This document shows positions 26,110-39,900 of a stretch of DNA of 64,000 bases, piece after piece. Within the stretch, counting starts at the first letter, position 1. Each line of letters begins with the position of its first letter. This DNA is from Malacoraja senta (Eukaryota). Position numbers and translations under genes: made by a program. The stretch is from contig CM075980.1 of the NCBI GenBank assembly GCA_038087875.1, positions 10,354,001 through 10,418,000 on the forward strand, written 5' to 3'. Under the pieces are notes generated by a model that saw only the letters and a program-made list of their open reading frames with translations, was not told the origin of the DNA and searched no databases.

Positions 26110-27964
26110 AACAACTGGTCATTTTCCAGTCCCCTTGGTGCTCGCCTGTGGCTAGTGAAGCACCAATGTTTCTTGTCAGGACCCCTGGAATCACCTCTCG
26201 CTTCCCTCACTAAACTGGGATTGATACCAACGGGTGCAGGGGACCTATCCAACTCAATGTTCCTCAAGAGACTCACTGCCGCTCTTTTCGATCTCAAGCC
26301 CCAGCATACGTGGCCTAGCATATTTGTATTCTCCACACTGATCTCACCGTCATCCACGTCTTTCTCCTTGGTGAATACAGATGCAGAACACACTCGTTTA
26401 ACAATTCCGCTACATCCGTTATCCTTGATCAGACCTACCGTATCTCTTGGCACACTTCTTGTTTTTAACATATGCATAAAAAGCGGCAGGATTTTCCTTA
26501 ACCCATCAATTACATTTCATGACCAGTTTGGCCCTACTAATCACCCGGTTGAGCTCTTAGCTACTTGCCATTCCTCACAATCCCCGTATGATCCCACTTT
26601 GTTACATCTGACATACGCTTCCGTTTTGTTTCTGAAAAGGTTTATAACCTCCGTGGTCATTCACGGTACCCTTACCATGCAATCTTTATCTATCTTCCTT
26701 ACTGGAACATCCTGATCCTGTACTTTGGTTAAATAACTCCCATTTGTTAGCTGTGGACATACTCAATAACAACTGCTCCCAATCTCCTGCCTAATGCCAT
26801 TTTAATCTGTTTTGCTACTGTGAACATCCAGACCAATCCTTATCCAAACCAATATTAAACCTTGTAAAGTTGTGGTCACTATCCCCAAGTGCTCTTCCAG
26901 CATACCACCAGTCACCTGGCCAAGCTCATTTCCCGACACAAGGTCGAGTATCGTCCCTCCTGGATTCAGACTATCCATACGCCGTTTACGGCAAATTTCT
27001 TGGATATACTTCATAAATTCTGCCTCATTTAACCCCCTTTCACTGAACATAAAACAGTCAATATTGGGGAAGTTAACGATACCCACTACAACAACACTGT
27101 AGTTCATGCATCTGTTTGCATATCCGATCCATCTTCCGCTGATTAGTCGGTGTCCCATAATATAATCCCATTGGAGAGACTGTTCTTTTGTTATTTTTAA
27201 GCACAACCCATATGCCTCAATAGATGTACGCTCCAATATGTCCCCTCTGAGTACCGCCATCTCAAATATCGAAGTCCTGATACATTGAACTGCCAGTCAT
27301 GTATATCCCACAACCAAGTTTCCATAATGGCCACAACATTATTACTCCAAGCACTGATCTCGACTATCTACGTTCATTTAGCTTTATACACAATACTCCT
27401 TGCATTGAAGTAAACATTTCATCACTTAATTGCCCCATAATCATGAACCACTCCCTGCCCATCTTTCCTTTGAGACTTACTTGTTATAACCTCCACCTTC
27501 TCATCAGCCTTTCCATTTGCAAACATGCTCCTTTCATTCCCATTCTCTGTACATTTTAGCTTAAATTCTCACGAGCAAACTTCACTGCAAGGATGTTGGT
27601 GTCCCTTCAGTTCAAGTGCAACCTGTCCCTCTTGTGCAGGTGGCCTTTGCGGCAATAGAAGTCTCAATGGTCTACAATCTGAATCCTTTCCCCTGCACGA
27701 ACTCCTCAGCCATTCATCTGTCCTATCCTCCTATTCCTATCCTCACTAACGTGGCAACTGTAGTAATCTAGAGATTACCACCCAGCAGGTGGTAATTTTA
27801 ACCGTTTACCTAACTCCCCATAGACACTCCGTAGGACCTCATTGCTCTTCGTTATATTTTGCTGAACTCCCTATATTCTCTCCACAGGACCCCATCGCTT
27901 TTCCTAACTTTTGTCCCCAACTGTTTTTACTCCTCTATAGGACCTCATCCAGTTTCCTACATAT
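26110..27964 (-). mobile_element. Degenerate CR1-type LINE, third paralogous copy
   Basis: ORF 26802-27260 nearly identical to 12410-12871. Confidence 0.8.
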
Positions 27965-28457
27965 GTGTTTGAGTAAAAGAAGCTCACTAATACAAGATAT
28001 AAGTATTCTGTTCGCTTCATCTGTAAAAATGAGCAAGCTATGAGCCCTGATTCCATGGCTAAGAAGCTGTTAAGTAACAATGATACTGATTTTTGGAAAG
28101 ACGTGAGAGTTCTTAACAGTTGCAAAACATCTCTACCATGCACCGTAGATGGAATCTCCGGATCAGCTAATATCGCAGAGTTATGGCAACATTATAGAAC
28201 GTTATGACAACATTATAGCACTTTATTCAACTGTGTCCAAGGTGATTTGTATAGGGTGGACAATATTGAGAGTAATGATTCAGTGGTGATTATGTCACAT
28301 GAGGTGTATCATGTCATGAACAAGCTGTCCAACAACAAAGCAAGTGGCTTGGATCATATTTCTGCTGAACATCTTAGGTATGCGAGTATAAAGATAGCTC
28401 CTCTACTTGCAATTTGCTTTACTGACTTCATGATTCATTGTTACCAGCCTCAATGTT
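27965..28457 (+). mobile_element. 5' part of the paralogous RTE-X-like copy, interrupted by an L1; remnant at 30266-30290
   Basis: Nearly identical to 13576-14067; resumes at 30266 after the L1 TSD. Confidence 0.8.
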
Positions 28458-30265
28458 TTTTTTAAAAAAAATTATTTATTAGAAGTACATTACATTACAA
28501 CCACATACATTAGTACTCGTCACTTATGTCTTCTTACAATTAATGTACTCCATTTGTTTTTTACACTAGTAAAAGGAAAAGATAAGATTGAAAGAAAGAA
28601 GGTGAAGGAAAAAGTGAGTGTAGAAAATGTGACAACAAAAAAGGACGAAGACCCTATAAGAACAAAATTAAAAACAAAAGAAAAAGAGTTAAGAAATAGA
28701 CCCTAGAAAAGAAGGAGAAAGAGAAAGAGGAAAAAGAGAGAAACAAATATTTTTTATGAGCATTACGCAAATGGGACATACCAACTCTTCAACTATCATC
28801 CCCCCTTACCTGACCTCAATTTTTTTTAAGGTACCTTTGCACCCTATATTTGTAATAATTATATAAATGCAGACCACGTCAGGTGGAAGTGATCTGGTTT
28901 ACCTGCTAGGAGGAGTCTTATCTCTTCTAGGTGTAATGTTTCGAACATATTTGAAATCCACATGTTTACAGTTGGTATTGGAGCCTTCTTCCAAAATTTT
29001 AGAATTAGCTTTTTTCCAGTTATTAACCCATAGTCTATTAGTTTCTTTTGAACACATTTAGTTCTGGACCATCTTCCGTTATTCCGAAGATAATCCATTC
29101 TGCTTTGGGTATCAGTCTTATTTTAAATAATTTTGTAAAGGTTTCGAAAATTTCATTCCAAAAATTTTGAATTTTTGTACAGAAAACGAATGAGTGCGCT
29201 ATAGTAGCTTCTTGGGATTGACATTTATCACAAATAGATGATACATTTGGGGAAATTTTATGAATTTTAGTTTTGTAATAATATAATCTATGTAAAATTT
29301 TAAATTGTATTAAAGTGTGTCTTACATTAATCGAACATTTATGCACGTTTAATAAGTGTTCATTCCAACTTTCCTTTGAAATTTTAATAGCTAACTTTTG
29401 TTCCCAGTCTCTTCTGATACCCTCCGCAGATGGTATTTGTACATTTATGATAATATTATACAAATATGATATTAAGTTTGCTGATTCAGCTTTTATCTGC
29501 ATTGCCTCATCCAATACATCTGCTGGGTTATTGTAATGATCTTTTGTATATTTTTTCAAATAGTCGCATATTTGAAAATATTTAAAATATTGATTATTTC
29601 CGAGTTTATATTTTATTTGTAATTGTGGAAATGAAAGTAATTTTCCAGTTTCATACAAGTCACCGAGCGTTTTAATTCCTAGTCTATCCCAATGTGTAAA
29701 AGCTTTATCTATAATAGAGGGATTAAACGAAGGGTTATTAACTATGGGTAATAAAAGTGATAAATTTCTTAATTTTAAATTCTGTTTTATTTGTTTCCAA
29801 ATTCGGATTGTACTATGAATAATTGGGTTCTTATTATAATTTATATTATTCAGTTTCATTGGAGAGAGGAGGATCGCTCCAATGTTTCCAGAGGAGCAAT
29901 CCTCTTTCTCCATTACAATCCAGTCCACTTGCTGGGCGGAGTTATCCATCAGTTGAATCATATTTTTAATATTTACTGACCAATAATAATACATAAAATT
30001 AGGTAGTGCTAAACCCCCTAATACTTTAGGTTTATTCAGATGAGTTTTTTGTATTCTATGTGATTTATAGTCCCATATAAAATTAGTGATATCTGAGTCG
30101 AGTTTAAAAAAAATCTTCTTTGGTAAGTATATAGGAATCGATTGAAATAGGTATAAAGATCATTGTGGTAGAAAGATCATTTTTATTGCATTTATTCGGC
30201 CTATTAAAGACATCGGGAGCGTTTTCCAGAATTTAATTAGTGTGTTTAATTTATTAAGTAGGGGG
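28458..30265 (-). mobile_element. 5'-truncated L1-clade LINE with 14-bp TSD
   Basis: ORF 29038-29994 with zf-RVT-like C..C...H....C motif; TSD CCAGCCTCAATGTT at 28444-28457 and 30266-30279. Confidence 0.9.
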
Positions 30266-33200
30266 CCAGCCTCAATGTTGTCTGTTCTGCTAGTTCCACT
30301 AGCCTCCATCTCTTTGACAACAAGACCAGGTTGTTCTGCATAGCAAATATAAAGTGACAGGCCAAACCTTATCCTCAGATAACCCTCACAGAAGCCTCTT
30401 GAGCTTAAGCCTCAATAAACCAATCTTAATATGGCCGCTCCACTTACGTTTACCTTCTGTTTATTGGCTGTTATTTTAACTTCATTTATTGACTGTTATT
30501 TAGCCAAATAACCAAGCTGCGACACTTGCCCGCAAATAACGATAGAGGTATTTCTCGATAGAGAAGATTAACCAATATTCAGATAAGCATAACTCTGAAA
30601 AGAAATATCTCCTGGACTCTAGTGAGTTAATGTGGAAAACAACTGAAGGGATGGTCGAATGCTCTGTGCCAAAAAAAAAACAATCAACAGAACAATCAAT
30701 AGTATAAATAAAGGAATATGACTGTGTATGTTACATCAGAGATCAGATCATATGAAATTCAAATATATTGTAAGGAAACCGAAGCTGAGTTTCAGGGCAC
30801 ACACCCTTACTTGCAACACGACAGTGGTATTCCTTACAAATCAGAACCAGACCCATTTCTGCTTTCTGTGTCAGTGCTAGACCCACTGACAATAAATGAA
30901 GCAGGGTAAGAGGATGATATTTTGGGGGTCCGAACCCATTGCATTTCCCCTTAAAGTATGCATAGGAAGGGGTAAGAATATTCCCGAAATTAGGTTTCTG
31001 AATTGCAAGAAGGTCGATTTCAATAACATTGTAAGAATTAAATTCTGGAATGGTATTCCTAGTGGGTTGGAGCTGTATCTTCGCTAAAAGGACCGCATCA
31101 ATTCCAGAGAAGGTTCTCCTTAACGATTACAGAGTCCACACCACATCCCTATATTTAACGTATTAAGGATCATAGTCTTCTGGCCTTTCATCTTTACCTG
31201 AAATTGCACGGCCACATAATCTCCGGGATAACCTACGGGAACAGATTGCTTCTCGACCAGGCTGCCCTGGTAATGCTACCACTCGCTGAGCCATCACAAT
31301 GTATGCAGTGTTGCTGCAACCGAGCAATTTGGAAGCGCACTTCGCTTACAGGAAACATTCCACACAGAAGTGAAGGTTTGTTAGTCATTAACCCCGTTAC
31401 TCTTCAGCTGTGGCTTCTATGCAATGTACATCTTCCCTGCGTAAAACGATAAAACTATATTTAAATACCTAATCTTATTTATTTTAGAGAATATCTAGAT
31501 TGCTTTAATACTTCACTTCCATTAATTTGGTAATGTGATAAACGTGTACTTCATCGTCAAAGTGCTAGAGTAATTCAGCAGATCTGGCAGCAACTTTTTA
31601 GTACATGGAAATGTAATGTTCTTGGTGGGGACCCTTTTCCAGAGTCTAAAGAAGGTTCGCGATCCGAAATGTCCATACGAGACCAGCATTGTGCGTTTTA
31701 CTGAAGATTCCAGCAAACCACAGTCGCATCTCATTCAACGTCACCACCCCGTTCTGTTCAACATTTCATTACAAATGTTAGTCTTTTGAGACTGTCAACN
31801 NNNNNNNNNNNNNNNNNNNNNNNNNNNNNNNNNNNNNNNNNNNNNNNNNNNNNNNNNNNNNNNNNNNNNNNNNNNNNNNNNNNNNNNNNNNNNNNNNNNN
31901 NNNNNNNNNNNNNNNNNNNNNNNNNNNNNNNNNNNNNNNNNNNNNNNNNNNNNNNNNNNNNNNNNNNNNNNNNNNNNNNNNNNNNNNNNNNNNNNNNNNN
32001 NNNNNNNNNNNNNNNNNNNNNNNNNNNNNNNNNNNNNNNNNNNNNNNNNNNNNNNNNNNNNNNNNNNNNNNNNNNNNNNNNNNNNNNNNNNNNNNNNNNN
32101 NNNNNNNNNNNNNNNNNNNNNNNNNNNNNNNNNNNNNNNNNAATGCTCGCACGTAGAGTTACACTATGGATCAAGCAGAAATAATATTCTGCAAAACTCC
32201 AACAAGACGAGTAGAACAGCTATACTACCCTATCATCTGCTTTTGTTTCCAAAACCAAAAGTTCCATCAATACGCCAAATTTTAATCAAATTTGATAGCA
32301 AGGTGAGCATTAGTATGCACTGTTAAGCTTATTGAATCACAGAAGTATTCTGGCGATAGGACCCAAAGCCTGCTAATAGAAAAGGATTTCCAAGAAATGG
32401 GCCCAACAAGCGCAAAGCATAGCAATGTATTTCGCACTCAACATCGGCTGTGTCTAGCAAGACTTGTCTAGCCTGAGAGGTGCTCCAATGCACACCCTTT
32501 CCTCGTATCCTGATTAGGCACGGAGGTATTGTCCGTGTGTTCTAGGCATAATTGTAATGCAGTTTGCGTATTGCCAAGAGAGTCGAGGCAATATATTTTT
32601 ACTTGGGAGGGGATCAATATTGAGAGTGAGAAAATTATGAAAGAGCGGATTACTTTATTCTGGATGTAGTTCAACTACTTGCTTTTTGTTTTACCTGCAT
32701 GGGGAATTGTCCAATGTATCCAGTTTATGTAAAGCGTTCATGTGGAGAGATCAGAGGATAACTTAGCAAAGGCAACGCACGTTGGTAATAGGCTGGGTAC
32801 GGGTGTCATGGTTGCGCACTGAAACATATTCTGATGTCATCATTTCAACTAAAATATTGTTAATGCCAGTTAAATGATGCATAATCATGCCACGGTATCA
32901 CAGGAATGATGCCCCCGGTCCAACAGAGATAGCATTTCCGAAGTACCGAGGAGTAGAACAATTTCGGAAACAATGTTTGATACATTGATGCCTTTGCTTG
33001 ACCTGTTTGCATGTCATCGATCTGAGGGTTTTTATGAGATGCGAGTATTAACTGTCCAGGCACATCAGCAGAAGAACCCGGACTCCTTTGATTAATTACC
33101 AGCGAAATCGTTAGTCCAAATGTCCAAATGTCAACATTTTGAAAATTTAGACTTTTTTTTACTGTATTTCCTTGTTCCTAGTCGTTAGCACTGATTCACC

Positions 33201-34038
33201 TGGTGTTACTACCCTGCAGGGATAATCCATGAAGCGAAAGGAGCGCTTCCGCGACAACTAGCGCGATTGGGTTGCGATAAGTAATGTGCGTACATTAGAT
33301 CAGGTATAAGGCAACGCTGGTTGCATGTAAATATAATTTCATATGTCAGATGAAGTTGGACAGAATTAATATCATAGCAATGCAAGCACGTGCAGACATC
33401 GACGTCTTTAATATATAAAACTCGCCATCAACTCCCTGATCGATTAAACATGTTTCTCAGTTGTTTTCTCAATTAAGTCAATTGCCCGTACTAAACCTGT
33501 ACATGTGTGCTGCTAAAAAGCATGCTTTCCAGCATAACAGCGGTTTTGACGGTGCATTGACACCCAAATTTGCAAATTCGTAAATAATTCTGCAGACAAT
33601 TGCTTCTTCACATTGCGCTTTGAAAGATTTCCTGCACACCATCTTCACCAGAATATTTATCAGTTTCAAATAAAACGTGGGTGTGCAACTAAAAGGGTGA
33701 AGGTACATGTCGCGTACCATGAGACCATGAGATCGGATTCTTCAGCCCCTGTTGGAATGCATCCCTTCATTTTTCAAGAGTGAATGAACAGTCGCCAGGA
33801 ATTATGATGAGGTTAGTCGATGAATTTATTTGAAGGCGCATGCCGTGCAACCGGACGGCAAAAGATTCAGAATAAATGAAAAGGAATAATTCAACACCTC
33901 CTTTCAAACGAAACAAAGTCTCTTATGTGCTTGAGTCTATATTAAATTGTACCGAGATATAAATGTACCGAGCTAAATTGTACCGAGATACTCGACACCA
34001 AATCCTTATTTTACCTTGGAAATAACTTGACACAGGAA

Positions 34039-34137
34039 GAATCTGGCAACTTCTGATTGGCGCAACACAAACTCTGATTTGACTGTTGATGGGTAGATAA
34101 GGAACTCGCGGTGACGCCTTGTCATACGGTTCATAAG
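34039..34137 (+). promoter_or_regulatory. Putative promoter of cluster 3
   Basis: Same blocks; the first GATA is altered (GGGTAGATAA). Confidence 0.55.
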
Positions 34138-34198
34138 CGACCCGGAGAGAAACACCGAGAAGCCACTTCACCTGTCGTTCTCCGCTCAATTAATTACA

Positions 34199-36269
34199 AT
34201 GTCTTGCTGGATCTCTCTAGTCTATGCGTTAGCGTTTTCCGCAGCTTGTGAGTATTTACTTCAACCGACATAATATTCAATCTCGAGTACGATATAACCC
34301 TTCTATCCATGACAATTCTGCTGTTTCTCTGATATTAGTTAATATTCTACTTTTTTCTGGTTGTTTTTCAGATATAAATGCGCAATTTTCACTAAATCAG
34401 CCGTCTTCAAAATCCACATCTCTGGGACAAAACGTGGAAATAGCCTGTACCCTGTTTAGGTGGAAGCATCGTTTCCTGGTACCAGCAGATTCCAGGAACG
34501 GTTCCGCGGTTACTGTTCTACTATTGGTCGGGCAGCAGCATTTACAGAGGCTCGGGAGTTTCTGAACGTTTCTCTGGATCAGTGTCAGGCAACACTGTAA
34601 CATTGACAATATCGAACGTGCAGTCGGGGGACGCAGCGGATTACTACTGTGCTGTGTGGAAAGATGCTGTAATCTTCGGCAAGGGAACGAGGCTGGGTAT
34701 TAGCAGTAAGTAAAATACCTTCTATCTTTGGGTAGACACAAAAAGCTGGAGTAACGCAGCGAGACAGGCAGCATCTCTGGAGAGAAGGAAAGGGTTTGCA
34801 GTTCCTTCCTGCATATTCTAGCTTTGTGTTATTGATATAGCAGTGGAAAGTAATTGGTTTTCTGTCGCCAATCGATGGTTCAAAGAAAAAGCTTTTCACG
34901 CTAACATGTTCAGCATTCGACCAAAGCCGAGTTTCCTTTGGCACATTATTAGACGTAGCTCGGTCAAATGGCCTGATGCCAGGCTGGCTGTTTGTATTTT
35001 TTTACACTAAATGGCTAAAATAATAGGTATTTAAAGCTGATATTTTTTTTAATTCCCGGCCACGATCGAGTCTTTCTGGGCAAATTAGTTGACAACAGCA
35101 ATGAAAGGACCAAACGGCTGTCCAGCTGTTTTATTATTCTTAATTACTTTGCGGACGGCGAGCTAACAATTATCGAACCTGGATAAGAATTAGACCGAAC
35201 GTAAGGAAACGGGAAATAACTTTGGAGGGACATGGAACTGCAGATGCTGGTTTACAAAAAAAGACACAAAGCTCTGGAATGACTCAGCGGGTAGGGCAGC
35301 ATCTCTGTTGAACATGAATAGGTAAGTTTCGTTTTGGGTCCCTTCTTCAAATCAGTTTTGTACGTGTGGCATTTTGCTGTTGTGCCATTAAGCGAAAGGA
35401 ATAAGATTCGCTATTCAACTTCAGAAATCTGAGCTGAATTATTATTTAAAGAGAAGGGACGGGTCGAGAAAAACAAACATATACGTTTCAGCATTAATGT
35501 AAATCATATCAACGATTATTTATAATGCGACAAAACGGTGAATTTAGTGTTGCTGCAAATCTAGTCTGTTCATAGATGGCTAAAACGGCAAAATATTCTT
35601 GTCGCTAAAATCCAACCATTAGTAACATTTTGGTATCTGGTCTTAATAAATGAACAGATGAATTAAGGAAATGTATTCCAACAAAACTAAACTTTTAAAC
35701 GAATTTAGTGGAACTTTGGCTGCAATGAAAACCCGCAATTGGCTGTCGGGTAAAACATTCGTGTTTTTAATTGTATGCGTATATTCTGTCCCATTGCCAT
35801 AAAATAGCAGTTATTTTTTGGACATCTCACTTGGAACGAATGAATCCATGCTATACCAAATGTATTTTAAACAAAGATAATGTTTTAACCGAAGCAGTTC
35901 TGCTAGCCCTACTAATCTGTGACTTTATTTTAAATAGAACATCAGCCCCCTGCGGTGTCCGTCCTTGGACCTTCAGCGCAAGAAATGACGGGAAAGGGAA
36001 CCGCCACCCTGGTGTGTTTGGTGAGCGGGTTTAATCCGGGTGCTGTGGAAATTGAGTGGACTGTGGACGGCAGTGCGAGAAGTGATGGCGTTGAAACCAG
36101 CCGGATCCAACAAGAGGCGGACAACACGTTCAGTGCGAGCAGTTTCTTGACTCTGCCAGCCACAGTCTGGAACTCACACGAGCTTTACTCCTGTGTGGTT
36201 AAACACGAGTCGCGGGCAAGCCCTGTGCAGGGAAACATCGGCAGGTCCGGTTGTCTGTACAACTTCTAG
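34199..36269 (+). pseudogene. IgL: Ig light chain cluster 3, frameshifted germline-joined VJ-C gene (leader 34199-34247, VJ 34372-34705, C 35938-36269)
   Basis: Splice sites intact, but the VJ exon is 334 nt against 345 in cluster 1: 11-nt deletion in CDR1 (about 34451-34452), shifted frame stops at 34565; C stop TAA changed to TAC adds YNF. Confidence 0.88.
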
Positions 36270-36773
36270 ATTCCAACTAATCAAGCTGAAGACTATTTTT
36301 GCTCCGTCTTTCACTTGTCATAAAATGATCTAAAAATATTCTCTGTTATCGACAAGCATTTGCGTTAAAATTGTCCTTTGTCTTGCTGTTTGTAAACGTC
36401 ATTCCATCGAAGGAACTCATTGTGAATTGAAACTCCAATGTTATTCAATCTGTTGAATGCATACCCAAATATTCATTAAAAGACAGTGGTCTAAAGATTA
36501 CATTCAGTTTTTTTTGCTTACCCACACTACTAACATTTCCAAATACAACTCTCGACTAACCCATTTATTTGAATTTTATTGTGATCATAGAAAATCAAAT
36601 GTATTTAATCAACCTTCATTATTTTACCTTATGGAAGAAGCGGTGATAAATGGTGCCGAACGTTTATGTTATAAACTGGTGTGTTTATAAATTGGTTCCT
36701 ATAGCCGCGCGCGCACACGTACACACACGAACAAAATGGGGCGCTCATGTACAAACGCATTCGAGGACAGACA

Positions 36774-36933
36774 GTGTTTAAGAAAGAACTGCAGATGCTG
36801 GAAATATCGAAGGTGGACAAAAATGCTGGAGAAACTCAGCGGGTGAGCAGCATATATGGAGCGAAGGATTAGGCAATGTTTCGGGTCGATACCCTTCTTC
36901 AGACTGAGTTTCTCCAGAATTGTTGTCTACCTA
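36774..36933. mobile_element. Penelope-like terminal-repeat-derived insertion with 12-bp TSD, only after cluster 3
   Basis: TSD CGAGGACAGACA at 36762-36773 and 36934-36945; internal inverted arms; hammerhead-like core at 36878-36902. Confidence 0.7.
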
Positions 36934-39900
36934 CGAGGACAGACAATAGTCGTTATCGACCTTGCTAATACTATTCACTTAGCAATTCCAAGCCATTTCA
37001 TCTGTGAATGAAGTGGGTGGGGCTGATGGTGAGTGAGGGTAATATGGTCTTTCTGCCTTTATATAGGGCGCTGGCACACATGGAGTATCACATATAGTTT
37101 TACTTTCCTTGCTTAATAGAGGTACTGAAGTTCTTGGTTGGTACCTGCTGAGCTGATTAGTGGGATAAGTGCACGCTGCGAGGAACGATTGAGAAGTGTA
37201 GCCTACCTTCCCATCAGTGGGGGGCAATTTTACAGAGGCCAATTAACCTATGAACCCGCAATTTTGGGACGTGGGAGGCAACCCACGGCACCACGTGGGA
37301 AACGTGTAACCTCCTCACAGACAGCAACCGAGCTCAGGGTCGAACCCTGATCCATGTCGCTGTCGAGGCAGCTGCTCTACCAGATGCGCCACTGTGCCGC
37401 CCCACAATATATAATATATCAGCCACTGTAATATATAAAACTCTTAGTGGCCTTGGCAGGAAAGATGAAGACGTTATTTCTCCTGATTGATGAGTGCAAA
37501 CTAAAGTTTGCAGTATCCACAAAGCGCAGAACATAGTACAGCACAGCACACGAACAAGCCTTTCGGCACTCCATGGCTCTGCCGACATGAGGCCAAAACC
37601 AAATCTTATCTGCGTGCACGCGATCCGCATCCAGAAGTCTTACAAATGCCACTGTTGCCTGTGCCGCCACCACCACCCTCGCCAATGCCTTCCGGGTCCT
37701 CACCAACCTCTGTATATAAAATCTCCATGAGTCTCTCACCTTAAAGGTATGTCATCTAGTCCTTGATATTTCCATTCTGGGGGGAAATGGAAATGATTCT
37801 CTGCCCTATCTATGATTCTCATAATTTTATATATTTCTACCAGGTCTCCCCTCATCGTCACCGTTAAAAAGAAAACAACCCAATTCTGTCCAACCTCTGC
37901 TCGTAGTTAATACCCCCAATTCAGGTATCATGCTGGTGAACAACCTCTGCGCCTTTTCCAAGGCCTCCACTTCCATCTAGTATTGGGGCGACAGGAAATG
38001 ATGGCAGTACACGAAATGCACCCTAACAAAAGTCCTAAAAGTAGCATCATGACTCGCCTGCCCTTATCCTGAATGCCGTGCCCAATCAAGGAAAACATAA
38101 AATATGTCTTCTCACCACTCGATATAGTAGTGTCGCCACTGAGGGAGACATAGACTTGGTTCCCAAAATTCATCTGTACATAAATAGTGTTGTTATTAAT
38201 CGAAAGTAGACACAAAATGCTGGAGTAACTCAGCAGGTCAGGCAGCATCTCGTATATTTCCCCTTACAATCCACACCTCCCCCAGCACTTCAATGCACTG
38301 GTTATTCTGCATCTATCATTTCATCTCTCATTTATATACCTAGTCTCTATCCTGCTGTATACTTTGACAGCCTTCCTCACTGTCCGCAACCCAAACAATC
38401 TAGCTGTCACTGTAAACTTATTAACTGCTAGAGAAGGTGCAGAGATCTTTGTCATGGCTACTGCAAACTCGTCTTTTGTGTTTCTCAATAATCTGTCCAT
38501 TCATGCACACTGCCCCTCAAGACACCAACACCTACTTCTTAATCACACAATGCCCTTGCATATGAATATTCGCCACATTGATCTCACTCTCCTCCTTGTC
38601 CTTCTCCTTGGTGAAAAGACATACAACGTACTCATTTAATACCTCGCCTATATCCCTTGACTCAAAGCACAAATTCCTCCCTTGATCCTCGAGTTACCAT
38701 CTTTCTGTTACCCTCTTGCATTTAATTTAGGTATAAAAAGCCTTGAGAACTTCTTTAATCTAGCTCGACAAACCCGTTTCATGCCCCCTTTTAGCTCTTC
38801 TAATCGACCGCTTAAGTGATTTCTAACTCGATTTTATATTTCTGCCTGATTTCATCTTCAGATAATGGGTTGGGTAATCAGGACTGAAAAGGAAAGTATT
38901 TTTGGCTGTATGCGATTATAATGTTTAGGATACTTTACTCCGTATGCTTGCCGATACTCAAACAGATTGATATCGAAAGAAGTTTAGCGATTCAAGGGAG
39001 TTGGGAAAAGGGCGTGACACTGGAGATTGTTTGAACGTTCAACCCGTGACTGCCGGTGAAGCCTTGAACAACTTACTTATTCCTTCTTCTTATATTCCTG
39101 GTTTGTATTTGGCAAAACGGAGACACGTGACAATAAATAATAAACCACAAACAAACATACTCAGAAATGCATTTTGTTACCATGACCGTGACTCGGAACT
39201 ATTAGATCTCAATGGAGTTTGCCTCTCGACAAGGCCCCTCCTATAATGTTCAACTGCATGGAAGGCCTTCGCTTGATTCCTTTTGGACAACTCCGATAAT
39301 ATCAATAATATCGCAGCAATTAACTCCCTTTCTAATATCTCATTATTTTGTGAGCTCTGAAGGTAACACTGAGTCCTTCTATTCCGTAGTTAGGTGCTGC
39401 CCTTGACACCAAACCCCCAAGACGCAAATTCCTGTCCACATGTGCATAAATGATATTGACTTGGCTCTGCATTGTTTCACACCTATCTAATTAATGAATT
39501 ATGAACCAAATATTGTTTTCTCTTTAGCAGGCGAAGACCAGTTGGTGCACCTCTGTATCTCTATGCCGCAAACTGTTTTCGCCTCATCTTGTCTTCAAAT
39601 TGAACTGACCGCCTGCAATTTCAAGTCCTTCTGAAGCAAGTGCTCCAGTTATCTACATTGCTATCACTGCGTCTTATGCACAAACAATGCACTCCTTCCG
39701 CCTCCATCATACGTCCGATAAATCCTCATTCGTGTTTTTAGTGCTTAGAGGCACCGGTCATAAATGTCCTCGCTAACTGCACGTCCTTCACCACCAGAAA
39801 CCTCGGCTAGATTAATAGCTCATCATGAATTGCCTATGATTGCGGACAACAATCCTCATTTCTCTCATTCTTCTGAGTCTCCCTGTTAAGTCAGCGCTTC

